Numbered from the whole stretch's first letter, positions 53,631 through 63,081 are shown. The stretch is DNA of 63,081 nt, filler included, from Collodictyon triciliatum (GCA_043381765.1; 10 parts of 10 records of this genome joined end to end with filler, not necessarily neighbours in it); one strand, 5' to 3'. Notes: generated by a model not told the origin, from the sequence alone. A program made the numbers and translations.

Positions 53631-56600
53631 TTAATCATTTCAGATATCCTTCAGATATACAAAGTTACGGATAGAGTAATTTTAATGCTTTCTCAGTGGA
53701 ATGTAACAAAAGCTTTTTATAGTAGCACCTGACGAACTAACTAAAAAGGCTCATTTTTCCCTATCCCACCGCACAGAAGTCTTTGCGCTCGCAAATTTTA
53801 GGTCATATACAAGCCATATTATGAGATTTTGTTCGTTTCATTTTTATGAGGAATATTTTTATTTATGTATAACATATATTGAATTATCTCAATACATAGA
53901 AAACTCCATAATTAACATATTCAACACACATTTTACAAGAGAGTGGAATCTTTAGGCCAGAATTCACAAGCATTCTGATGGTAGAACAGTGTGGGTCTGA
54001 TCAAAATTTATCATACAACAAATTTGGTATGTTTCACTTCTAAAAACAAACAAAAAATTAATTAGAATAATAAATTTCATGATAGATAATTGTCACATGA
54101 TTGATACTCAACAATAGAACACAACATACGCACACACCGAGCTTCAATTCATCTAGCAAAAATATAACAAAATGAGAATCAAACAAACTTCATTCCGTGC
54201 CAATGGCCTTTTTTTCGATAAATGGTTCAAACTGGCTACTTCACGGACCAGCTGAAAAATCGCATTATTTTATTCAATATACCATACTAAGCATTGATTA
54301 TTCATTTTGAATCAGAAACTGTTCAAACTAAAGTCATGGAAAAACTCTGATACAGTTGAAAATGGAAGGGAGAAAAGATAAAATCCGTGGGAAAGGGAAC
54401 TGTTTCGATCTACTACTTAGAGGAGGGGTAGTGGATCGGCGGCTCCTAGTTTTCCCGATGGCCTGAAGTAAAGGTCTAAGAACGTACGGTGGGGGTGTTG
54501 GGGTGTGTTGTGTGTGGAAGTAAGTATGTCTTTGATCAATCATTCAAAAAAATAACAAAAAATCAGAAAATTATAATTTTCAAATATAAGGGGACTGGGA
54601 AATGACTTTCTCGCGGCTCGTACAAATTCAAGGTACATATGATTATATGTTTAAGAGCTCACACAAGGAATTGTAATGGATACCTAGATTCCAGATTAAT
54701 TTTTCTCTACTATGCAGACTCAAGAAACATTTAGTGATATTTGTTGGTTTGGATCGGAAGAACATGCATCTACACTACAATTCTGCGTTTACAGCAGCCA
54801 ATTAGTAATTTAAATGTTTTACAGAGAAAAATTAATGCTTTTGTTCGTATATTGACCCCACTTAAAACAGTCGCAATTCTCTCTGTTAGGAGTTTCCCTT
54901 GGCGGTGAAGCAACTTCATATGACGCTTCTAGATTTTCTTACATTTTGTGAAAAGTATTGATATTTCAATAGAGACCAGAAAAAGCCTAACTTGTGCCTC
55001 CGTCACGCCATCCGAATTCGTAATCAGGAATCATATTTAATTATGTATGTATCGTAAATTTTAGCGAATTGTTTAGAGAGCAGGCTAACGGTATTATTAA
55101 CGCCATGAACCCGCACCAAAAAGAGATACGTCAGACACCACCCCTCCCCCAGGACACATGAGACTACAAACAACGCACTGGCACTGCCTGTATACACCCA
55201 CCGTTCGAGGCCTTTTTACCAACATATGAAGGTTTATTACATGGTGAGCTATGTACTCATGTTTATATACCGCTTCATTATGCGACTTAAGGATAAGGGT
55301 TTTCAATTCTCATTCTACTCGTCTTCATACTTTTTTTTTGCGGGATTTGTAGGCTTGAAGATTTCCAAAAAATCCACACACCCCTCCCCTCCAACTCAAC
55401 ATGCAAGATTAAAAGCGTTTATTTTCACACCTGAACTTGATGACCGAACCGCCTTTTTTGCAGACAGACCACGCCCTTTTTTTCTGTGAGGATTTCTTAT
55501 TTGTACTCAGATATTACTCATATTTCAACAACATTATGTACGATAAAATGATTTTTTATAAAAAAAAATTATCTATAGGGAGCCAGTGCGCTCAGAGTCC
55601 ACCGCCTATGCTTCAAAATCTGACAATACGATTCATCTTCTCGAAATATGCCTGATTTGAAAGTTAGACTGTTCTATGGGTCATGAAGTCACCTATTCTC
55701 TATCATATGTTAAACAATTAAAATGCCAACTTTATATTTTCATTTTATTTTGCTTGACCCGCATTCATACAAAGCAAATATTACATATCACATTGATCTA
55801 AATCTGATATATACAACAAATGTGCAGATTCGTCGAACCATTTCCGAAATCTACGGGATTATGATGGACCATGTCTCTTGATTATTGCAATCGACATTTT
55901 CATTTGTAGGTATTCATAATATACATAAAATATATTCTTGTTTCCTTTCGACTCAGATTATGGCTCCCAATTATCTACAATTCGAAATTACCTTAATGTT
56001 ATCACTAAAAAGGCTGTCCCATTTACATTTTCATGCCATTCCTTGGAGGCGAAGTATATAAGTAAAGTAATGTACGGCCTTTCGCATCGGCTGCTGGATT
56101 ATTTAAGACGTATTTTTGTATATATGATTGATTAACTTAATCGGAATAATTTTTTCATTAAGAACATTCAAGCACGTTTTGGCTAATGGGTCAGAAATGA
56201 TCTAAACTAAATTAATTATTTGTTCTCAGATAAATTTTTTAAATATAATATAATGCATAATCTAAAAGCTAATACTTTGTTTCAAAAGGCCTCATCTTTC
56301 ATGATTCACTCAATATTTTACCTTTATTTTTACTTTTAAATATGGGCTTAGTTAAAGATTCATCATTTTATAGTAGAAAATAAGATTGTAATCAAAGGTG
56401 GAGTTTTAGCCCTCAATATTATACAAAAATATATTTATCCGAGAGATTCTATCAATAATAATACTTTATAGTGGAGTTATCATGAAAATCAAATGTGAGA
56501 GGAATTTTACGAGTCGATTAATCGTAGTGAATCATCCGAGGCGGTCAAACAGAGAGAATAACATACGATTATAGTATATCATTAAACAATTCTTAATCCT

Positions 56601-56878
56601 ATATATTATTCGCATTTTATCAATAGGAAGATGTCCGAGCCATCACCAAGCAGACGATCTGACGCCGCCAACCAGCAAGAATCTGGAGACCAGAAACAGA
56701 CAGAACTAACCCGAGAACCCGCATCGGTCGATGAGAAAATCCGCGGAGGCTTGATTCCAGCCGCATTTTATTCTGATNNNNNNNNNNNNNNNNNNNNNNN
56801 NNNNNNNNNNNNNNNNNNNNNTTAATTAATTAANNNNNNNNNNNNNNNNNNNNNNNNNNNNNNNNNNNNNNNNNNNNG

Positions 56879-57118
56879 CACGCGATTCGTTTGTTTAATC
56901 CGAAAATCCGGCAAAATGCAAGTCACCTGGTTGCGTTTTATACAGACAACAAACACGAACGGGAATCTCTAAACGAAATAACAAACCTCGATCAGAAACT
57001 CTTTGATGAAGTCTTTGATTTTGCTACAGCAGACCCCTATTGTTTTCTCTACGTTAATTTAATGGTTCCTCGTAGAATTAAGGCCTACAAAAACTTTACG
57101 GAAGAAATCCTTTATTAA
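56879..57118 (+). CDS. Packaging ATPase, C-terminal fragment
   Basis: 73 of 79 aa identical (hand count) to the C-terminus of 4491-5213. Confidence 0.92.
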   Translation, partial: HAIRLFNPKIRQNASHLVAFYTDNKHERESLNEITNLDQKLFDEVFDFATADPYCFLYVNLMVPRRIKAYKNFTEEILY

Positions 57119-57134
57119 TATCTAGTCTTAATAT

Positions 57135-57299
57135 ATGTTACGACTATATACTCCTAATTCTGAACAACATGTATTTTTGACTTTTGAGGAGGCCCAGCAG
57201 TTTCTTGACTCGCTCTTTACAAAAAAGAACAGGGTAGACAGGAAAAGAAAATCTCTTTACTCTATTCTTCGTGGCCCTGTTACAGTTGTTTTTGATTGA
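57135..57299 (+). CDS. 54-aa micro-protein (homolog of 4310-4474)
   Basis: MLRLYTPNSEQHVFLTFEEAQQFLDSLFTKKNRVDRKRKSLYSILRGPVTVVFD*. Confidence 0.8.
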   Translation: MLRLYTPNSEQHVFLTFEEAQQFLDSLFTKKNRVDRKRKSLYSILRGPVTVVFD

Positions 57300-57477
57300 A
57301 CGGAACACCTGGACACCTGGACACCCTCTTTTCAAACTTTTTAAAATTCTGGACCCTCGGCCTTTTTTAAAAAAAAAGGGGTAGGGTCGGTATGAATTAT
57401 TATTTTTAGGAGGTGTCCCAGTAAGGGTGTCCCTAGGGTGTTCTTAAAAAAATGAGACTGAAAAGAGTAAGGAAAAA
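57288..57477. repeat. ~190-bp direct repeat, copy 1 (putative origin with GGACACC iterons)
   Basis: Near-identical to 62251-62441; internally palindromic. Confidence 0.9.
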
Positions 57478-57569
57478 TTAATCAAGGAACACCCTATCCC
57501 ACCTCAAGAGATACCCTAAAATGCCCACTTAAAAACATTTGTCTATGAGTAAGTAAGAACAAAAGAAAA

Positions 57570-59849
57570 ATGGAACTCATTGAATCAATCGACCCCGTTA
57601 TCATTGACAAACTTCTGCAACAATCAGCAGAAAAAGTAGACAAAAAGACAAAGGGAAAGCTAAGTGTAATTAAACAGCGATTAGTTAATGGACAACTGAA
57701 AGTGAAATATGATTACTCAAAGCACTGCAGAAAAATTAAAGTTGGAAGATTCTATCCAGCGAGTATTTCTGTGGGAATGTTGGAAAAGCCCCTGCGTAAT
57801 TATCTGATGAAGGATAAATATGCTAGTCTTGATATTGTTAATTGCCATTATGCTCTGTCTTTAGAACTGGCAAAAAAATGGGACACACCTTATGAAGCTA
57901 TTGAGAAGTATGTCAAGAACCGTGACAGTATAATTGAAAGGACAATGGAGTTAACACAAAAGACTCGCAAAGAAGTTAAGAAGCTGTATCTGATGCTGGC
58001 TTTTAGCGGCAAAGTCCAGCCAATTGACCAGTTTGCTACTCAACTGCAATCAGAAATGAACATGCTCGCAGCTATGGCATATAGCAAATATCCAGAATGG
58101 CACAAACTCAAACTTCGCGAGTCAGACGAATGTCTAGCTGATCACGACAATCGCATTTATAGTTTGTTGGCATATGTGCTTCAAACAGAAGAAACTAAAA
58201 TCATGCAGGTAGTGATTGATGCCTTGGTGAATAAAGGTGAAGTCGAAGTTGGATTTTATAATTTTGATGGGCTGTTTGTTGATAAAGTTGGATACGAATC
58301 CGGCGCAGGAATAGAAGAAACAAATGGTGCAATGAGTCAATATGTTGAAGAACAAACAGGGTATAAAGTAGAATTTAGCTATGAACCTATTGAATCAACG
58401 TTTAAGCCTGATGAAGTTGCTACAACAGTTTCAATTGCAGAATTTGCAAAGACTCATTTTATGTTACGCGGTGACTTGTTTGTTGAGTACCCGGATGAAC
58501 CCACTCGCAAACCCGAACATATTAAGTCTGCTGGATCTTATTGTCAAGAATTTGGAGACAAGTACTGGCAAAAAGTTCAGAGAGTTTTGCCAAAAGAAAG
58601 ACGATTCATGTACTTTGATTTTTTGCCGTATGACGGATTTACAAACAAGTATAACCCAAAGGCCTATAACAATTTTAAGGGCTTTAAATTTGAAGAGTAC
58701 TTTCCTGAATTCAATGGATTGCAGTTGAAAGATTGGATTGGGTACTGCAATCGCATAGCTTCTTCTGTTACTGTTGATGATTATAGTGTCTGGAAAAATA
58801 GCATGACATATAAACAATTGTCAAAGTATCTTTGTGCTAGTAATGCTGTCTCAGAGAAATATGTCATACAATACTTGGCTAGAATATTGTATCATCCGAG
58901 TTATCGCATTGGCAAAATGATGATATTTAGAAACAACAGAGGAGGGACAGGCAAGACTGCTTTCTTTCACAAACTGTTTGTCCAGCAAATCATTGGAAAG
59001 CAATACGGCAGTACACACTCAAGTCTGTCTGAAATATTTGGAGACAAGAATATGAATATTCAGAACAAGTTACTTTGCATTCTGGAAGAAAGTGATGTTT
59101 CAAAAACTAAGACATTACAAGGAGACATTAAAGAAGCTGTCGATCGTGACGAAAATCACATTCGTATGCTTTACCACAATCCTTATCCTGTAAAGAATAC
59201 AGTCAATTACATTCTTAACACCAACAAAGAAATCGGGATTGTTTTTGAGCGAGACAATATGAGACGCTTCCCTGTGTTTGATGTGTTGGAGCATCGCCTG
59301 AGTCCCGGGGAAATCAAACAACTGACCCAGGAGTGTTATGACTCTGACTTTGTTAAAATTTTTACTAAGGTGTTAATGAACGAGTATGATCCTAATTTCA
59401 ACTTTAATGACTTTCCAAAAAGTGAGACTTGTGAAGTACTGGCAGAAACTAGCATGCATCCCGTGGAACAGTTTATTAAGTTCTTGTTTGTTGAATGGAA
59501 TGAATACATCTGGGACACGTATGAGCTGACGTTCAAATCACAGTATCAATGGCATAAAGAAAAGGACGCATCACCATTTAGTCACAGTGCCGATGAGATT
59601 TATGACATATACAAAATGTTCAGCGCCAAGAGACTCCCGAATCACAAAGTGTTGGAGTTTAAATCGTTTACCAACAATGCACACTGGACAACATTTAAAT
59701 CTACCTATGGGGTTACGTCAAAGAAAGGTAAGTATGAATGCGACTATAAACAAGTCCGTAAATTGTTGACAGAGAATAGCAATTTGAAAAATCACTTCAA
59801 TTCTGAAGGAATCGTGAGCAGCGCCAAGAGAGCCCGCACAAAAGAATAA
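57570..59849 (+). CDS. TVpol (PolA-related transposon-viral polymerase/primase) fused to a D5-like SF3 helicase (759 aa)
   Basis: GRFYP...LRNYL, motif A SLDIVNCH, motif B RKEVKKLYLMLAFSG, LQTEE, motif C FDGLFV. Helicase GGTGKT, LCILEE, LNTNK, NMRRFPV. Same architecture as Sputnik virophage V13. Confidence 0.85.
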   Translation: MELIESIDPVIIDKLLQQSAEKVDKKTKGKLSVIKQRLVNGQLKVKYDYSKHCRKIKVGRFYPASISVGMLEKPLRNYLMKDKYASLDIVNCHYALSLELAKKWDTPYEAIEKYVKNRDSIIERTMELTQKTRKEVKKLYLMLAFSGKVQPIDQFATQLQSEMNMLAAMAYSKYPEWHKLKLRESDECLADHDNRIYSLLAYVLQTEETKIMQVVIDALVNKGEVEVGFYNFDGLFVDKVGYESGAGIEETNGAMSQYVEEQTGYKVEFSYEPIESTFKPDEVATTVSIAEFAKTHFMLRGDLFVEYPDEPTRKPEHIKSAGSYCQEFGDKYWQKVQRVLPKERRFMYFDFLPYDGFTNKYNPKAYNNFKGFKFEEYFPEFNGLQLKDWIGYCNRIASSVTVDDYSVWKNSMTYKQLSKYLCASNAVSEKYVIQYLARILYHPSYRIGKMMIFRNNRGGTGKTAFFHKLFVQQIIGKQYGSTHSSLSEIFGDKNMNIQNKLLCILEESDVSKTKTLQGDIKEAVDRDENHIRMLYHNPYPVKNTVNYILNTNKEIGIVFERDNMRRFPVFDVLEHRLSPGEIKQLTQECYDSDFVKIFTKVLMNEYDPNFNFNDFPKSETCEVLAETSMHPVEQFIKFLFVEWNEYIWDTYELTFKSQYQWHKEKDASPFSHSADEIYDIYKMFSAKRLPNHKVLEFKSFTNNAHWTTFKSTYGVTSKKGKYECDYKQVRKLLTENSNLKNHFNSEGIVSSAKRARTKE

Positions 59850-59874
59850 AATGAATGGTGGTTATTCCCACAAT

Positions 59875-60189
59875 TTATTTTGAGTTTGTTGATATAGATT
59901 CACTAGAAGACATTCCAGTTGAATAAACTTTAGGAAAGCGATCTTCAAATTCTACATAGTCTGGAATATGGATGTCAATCACAGGGGGTGTTATAGGTCT
60001 TTCAATATTAGCTATGGCGTTCTTCTTTTTCAATGTGCGGCGTTTGTAACCTCGGGAATTTCTAGCTTTTGTTCTGAGCCCACATGACACCATTGTGCGC
60101 ACACTATCCAATGGCATAAAAAATTCTCGGAGACAAAACGAATTGAACAGGCTAAGTTCCTCTACAGTAAAATGGAAATCCATTATCAT
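59875..60189 (-). CDS. Conserved hypothetical viral protein (homolog of 1171-1623)
   Basis: Shared EEL..N..C..E...LD.VR.MV...Y..R..KKK pattern and synteny. Confidence 0.75.
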   Translation of the reverse strand: MIMDFHFTVEELSLFNSFCLREFFMPLDSVRTMVSCGLRTKARNSRGYKRRTLKKKNAIANIERPITPPVIDIHIPDYVEFEDRFPKVYSTGMSSSESISTNSK

Positions 60190-60256
60190 TACATTATTGT
60201 ATACAGATGTTTTTAAGTTGCGTTTTAATGATGAAAAATAAAATGTATGTTAATAT

Positions 60257-61618
60257 ATGAGCACTAGTGATAATTATAATGAAAAATTACAGAAACGTTA
60301 TAATGAACCTGGACAAGTGAATTCAATTGATGCATTGTATAGACATTTCAATAAGGAGATACCTCGAAGTTATATAGTTAGATGGATGAAGAAAAACCCG
60401 TATCAACAAATAAGCAAGCCAGCTTTTAAAAGTAAAGATGTTAATCCGTTTAATGTAACAGATCCTAGTTATGCACAGATCGATTTGATTTATACCAAAG
60501 GGTTGTATCCAGATAACTATGAGGGTAGTATGTTTAAGTATTTGATGGTGTGTGTTGTTTTGTTAACACGCAAAGTATTTATGTATCCATTGACTGAAAA
60601 GACTTTGGCAGAATCCAAGAAGGCCGTACTTAATTTTAAAAAAGACTATCCACCTTTGAAGGTTATCCAAAGTGATAACGGAACAGAGTTTAAGTTTGAC
60701 AAACAATTTCTTAAGGAAAACGGATTAAAGTCAGTAAAGAGTTCTGCATATAATCCAACAAGTCAGGCATATGTTGAGCGAATGAATAGTGTTGTAAAAA
60801 ATTCACTATACAAGTTACATCAAAAGACTGGTAAAGATGTATTGACAAAAGAAGTCTTAGAAAAAACAGCTGATAGTATAAATGACCAGCCTAATAGAAG
60901 CACTGGTGTAATTCCTAACAATGCTACTACAAAAGAAAACTTGGAAAAGTTAATAGAAGCAAATCAGAATAAACTAGAAAAAGCTAGCAAGAGTGAAAGA
61001 GACAATGTGTTAGAAGTTGGCACAAAAGTTAGAGTCAGTTTAACTAAAACCAATCTAACAACACAAGAAAGAAATAAGTTTAAGACACAAAAGAATTGGA
61101 TACCTAAATTTACTACAGAGCTTTTTATCATACACAAAGTAAATATTCATAAGGAGGGATTTAAAGCACCAACTTATGAATTGAAGGGAATGAAAGAAGA
61201 AGACCAGAAAATATTAAAGGGCAAACGCTTTTTACGCAGAGACCTACAACCCGTGGATAAAGACACAAAAGAATTCAAGCCTGTAGTTGATTTAATTAAA
61301 CGAGACACAGAGTCTAAACCAAGAGGTAGACCTAGATTAATCGAAGAGAAAGTAAAAGCACGCAAGGCTTGGAATATGCTGTGGATGAACGCAAAGAATT
61401 TTACAAACAGAACAGGGAAGTTTGATGTTGGAAAAAAAGAACGACAAGAAGAATTAATAAAGGCACAACCCAAAATTAAAAAGTTGTTTGATGCTTTTAT
61501 TCAGACTTATACGGATAGTCCTCCATTGACTACTCTGCAGAAAAAGAACTTTGAAAAGTTAAAGCGTGTGATAGCAGAGCCAATAGAAAAAAGACGGAAA
61601 CAAAGTGTAAAGAATTAA
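60257..61618 (+). CDS. rve (DDE) integrase of Polinton type with a C-terminal AT-hook-like motif
   Basis: QIDL, QSDNGTEF and YVERMN catalytic triad; LEVGTKVRV...FLRRDLQPV C-terminal domain; KPRGRPR. Confidence 0.93.
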   Translation: MSTSDNYNEKLQKRYNEPGQVNSIDALYRHFNKEIPRSYIVRWMKKNPYQQISKPAFKSKDVNPFNVTDPSYAQIDLIYTKGLYPDNYEGSMFKYLMVCVVLLTRKVFMYPLTEKTLAESKKAVLNFKKDYPPLKVIQSDNGTEFKFDKQFLKENGLKSVKSSAYNPTSQAYVERMNSVVKNSLYKLHQKTGKDVLTKEVLEKTADSINDQPNRSTGVIPNNATTKENLEKLIEANQNKLEKASKSERDNVLEVGTKVRVSLTKTNLTTQERNKFKTQKNWIPKFTTELFIIHKVNIHKEGFKAPTYELKGMKEEDQKILKGKRFLRRDLQPVDKDTKEFKPVVDLIKRDTESKPRGRPRLIEEKVKARKAWNMLWMNAKNFTNRTGKFDVGKKERQEELIKAQPKIKKLFDAFIQTYTDSPPLTTLQKKNFEKLKRVIAEPIEKRRKQSVKN

Positions 61619-62187
61619 CTCTGTTTTTTTGGCAGAACAAAGCGTGGTTTTTTTTTCAACTCTTTTTGTATTTCTTTGGTAAGCTTACCCAAAGCATCAG
61701 GGTCTTGCTCCAATTCTTTGGCTTCTTCTTTTTCTTTCTTTTTCATTGAGGACTCTGCCTCTGCGACTATCTTGCGTTTCTCTGCGCGCTTGGGTTCATT
61801 CTCTTTTACTTTGGCTAAACCCTTTTTCTTTTTCTCAAGGTTAGCTTCTTTTGATTGTCTGTATATATCACCGATGTCTTTGGTGTTATTTGTCCAAGTC
61901 TTTCCGTAGTTTGTCATTCCTAGGACTTTACCTTCCTGGTCTTTCCATAAAGCATTACCCACTTCATTCTGAACCATTGAAACAAATCCTTGGTTGATTT
62001 TAGCAGGGTACTCTTTGCCATTGTACGATCGTGCTTTCATTTCATACATAATGTAGTCTCCTTTTTCCAAGTCTTCATATTTGACTTTGGAAAAATCTTT
62101 ATTGTCTGTTGGCAGAGTTGAAGTCTTTTTGCCTTTGGCTTTGTCTTCTTCGGTAGGCGCGGACTTAGAAAATTTTCGGGGCGGCAT
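61615..62187 (-). CDS. Lysine-rich protein with a central beta-rich domain
   Basis: 190-aa ORF whose stop overlaps the integrase stop in a shared TTAA; YEDLEKGDYIMY is SH3/KOW-like. Confidence 0.7.
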   Translation of the reverse strand: MPPRKFSKSAPTEEDKAKGKKTSTLPTDNKDFSKVKYEDLEKGDYIMYEMKARSYNGKEYPAKINQGFVSMVQNEVGNALWKDQEGKVLGMTNYGKTWTNNTKDIGDIYRQSKEANLEKKKKGLAKVKENEPKRAEKRKIVAEAESSMKKKEKEEAKELEQDPDALGKLTKEIQKELKKKPRFVLPKKQS

Positions 62188-62250
62188 ATTCCAGTCAATA
62201 TAATTGTTAAGTATCTATAACGCAAAGTCTTTAATACAGCAATTACTTAA

Positions 62251-62441
62251 GTTTTTGATTGAACGGAACACCTGGACACCCGGACACCCTCTTTTCAAAC
62301 TTTTTAAAATTCTGGACCCTCGGCCTTTTTTAAAAAAAAAGGGGTAGGGTCGGTATGAATAATTATTTTTTAGGAGGTGTTCTAGTAAGGGTGTCCCTAG
62401 GGTGTTCTTAAAAAAATGAGACTGAGAGGAGTAAGGAAAAA
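62251..62441. repeat. ~190-bp direct repeat, copy 2 (subterminal)
   Basis: Near-identical to 57288-57477. Confidence 0.9.
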
Positions 62442-62468
62442 ATGGAAAAGGATCAAGTGGGTAGAAGT

Positions 62469-62558
62469 GGACGGCTAAGTCTTGGACGGCTAACCCTAAC
62501 CCTAACCCTAGGACGGCTAACCCTAACCCTAACCCTAGGACGGCTAACCCTAACCCTA
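62469..62558. repeat. GGACGG-punctuated telomere-like (CCCTAA) repeat array
   Basis: GGACGGCTAA(CCCTAA)2CCCTA twice (27 bp each), plus one 21-bp unit and one partial unit. Confidence 0.9.
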
Positions 62559-62645
62559 GACCACACACACGCTTCCATATATGGTATGAATAACCGGGAA
62601 AGGACAGTATATAAAGGGTTGAAAAAGCAGGGTTGAACCGCCGCC

Positions 62646-62688
62646 TGTGGTATTATCACCTATATAATATAGAGGTGATAATACCACA
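62646..62688. repeat. Perfect 16-bp inverted repeat TGTGGTATTATCACCT-N11-AGGTGATAATACCACA
   Basis: Directly visible. Confidence 0.9.
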
Positions 62689-63081
62689 ATTGCTGTGGAT
62701 TTTTTCTGTTTGCCAACGCTCGTTCGTTGGGCATATACTCATTTGATGCATATATTTTATTCGCGTAGGAGCTGTGCTTTTTTTCCTTTTTACTTTATTT
62801 CTTTTAGTTATAAAAGGGAGATAGGTTGTTTTTGAAACACAGCGACTTTTGTGAAAGGCGTGATGTTGAAGTGAACACAAGCAAATGAGGTGACCAAGCT
62901 TCCGGGATAAAAATTAGTTGAGATAACCCAGATGATTTACAGAGCAAAATAGTCGATCTTATTCCCACAAAACACAACGAAGAACACATTTCACACAGAA
63001 ATACGTGAGAGCTTGTCACCTGTTGGGAGTTCGATGTTTTTTTGTTGCCGAAGTTGAATATTAAATAGAGGTCTGCATTTT

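Larger units (their letters stand above)
56878..62565. mobile_element. Polinton-like virus/virophage-like DNA element B (partial), probably including its right terminus (...ACCACA at 62565; alternative end 62688)
   Basis: ATPase, micro-ORF, TVpol-SF3 helicase, conserved ORF, rve integrase, basic ORF and a repeat-rich terminal region, followed by stop-riddled host-like DNA. Confidence 0.88.

Noticed and set aside
62469-62558. A true chromosome telomere or a CRISPR-like array
   Set aside because: Short, punctuated, wrongly oriented for a right end and followed by unique DNA. No unique spacers and no cas genes.
62545-62575. tRNA-like 5' end or A-box (GTGGTCTAG, as in the tRNA-Gly) at the element B terminus
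   Set aside because: No B-box or cloverleaf follows; a 9-nt match is compatible with chance.

Overview
This window is not one continuous locus. It is ten unrelated contigs of about 6.2 kb from a eukaryotic genome (probably a flagellated protist, intron-rich, standard code), joined by artificial 100-nt spacers (44 N + TTAATTAATTAA + 44 N). Contigs: 1-6219, 6320-12532, 12633-18852, 18953-25202, 25303-31516, 31617-37830, 37931-44144, 44245-50471, 50572-56777, 56878-63081. The host contigs carry ordinary, mostly partial genes: axonemal dynein heavy chain, Dsc3-like, HMG-box factor, ALDH3, histone H4, UBE2D-like E2, CSN7, an LRR protein, TBCK, GLTP and tRNA-Gly(GCC). They also contain microsatellites and L1/Tx1-like LINE remnants. 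The main result is in the first and last contigs: two related Polinton-like/virophage-like DNA-virus elements (A and B). Both have the same gene order: packaging ATPase > unannotated 54-aa micro-ORF > palindromic iteron array > replicase-SF3 helicase >< conserved ORF <> rve integrase. Their replicases are non-homologous at the N-terminus: AEP primase-polymerase in A, PolA-like TVpol in B. Each replicase has its own sequence-unrelated iteron array. In B this putative origin is duplicated as a ~190-bp direct repeat near the element end, followed by telomere-like (CCCTAA) repeats and a TGTGGT...ACCACA hairpin. All family assignments come from motif recognition by eye; no searches were run.
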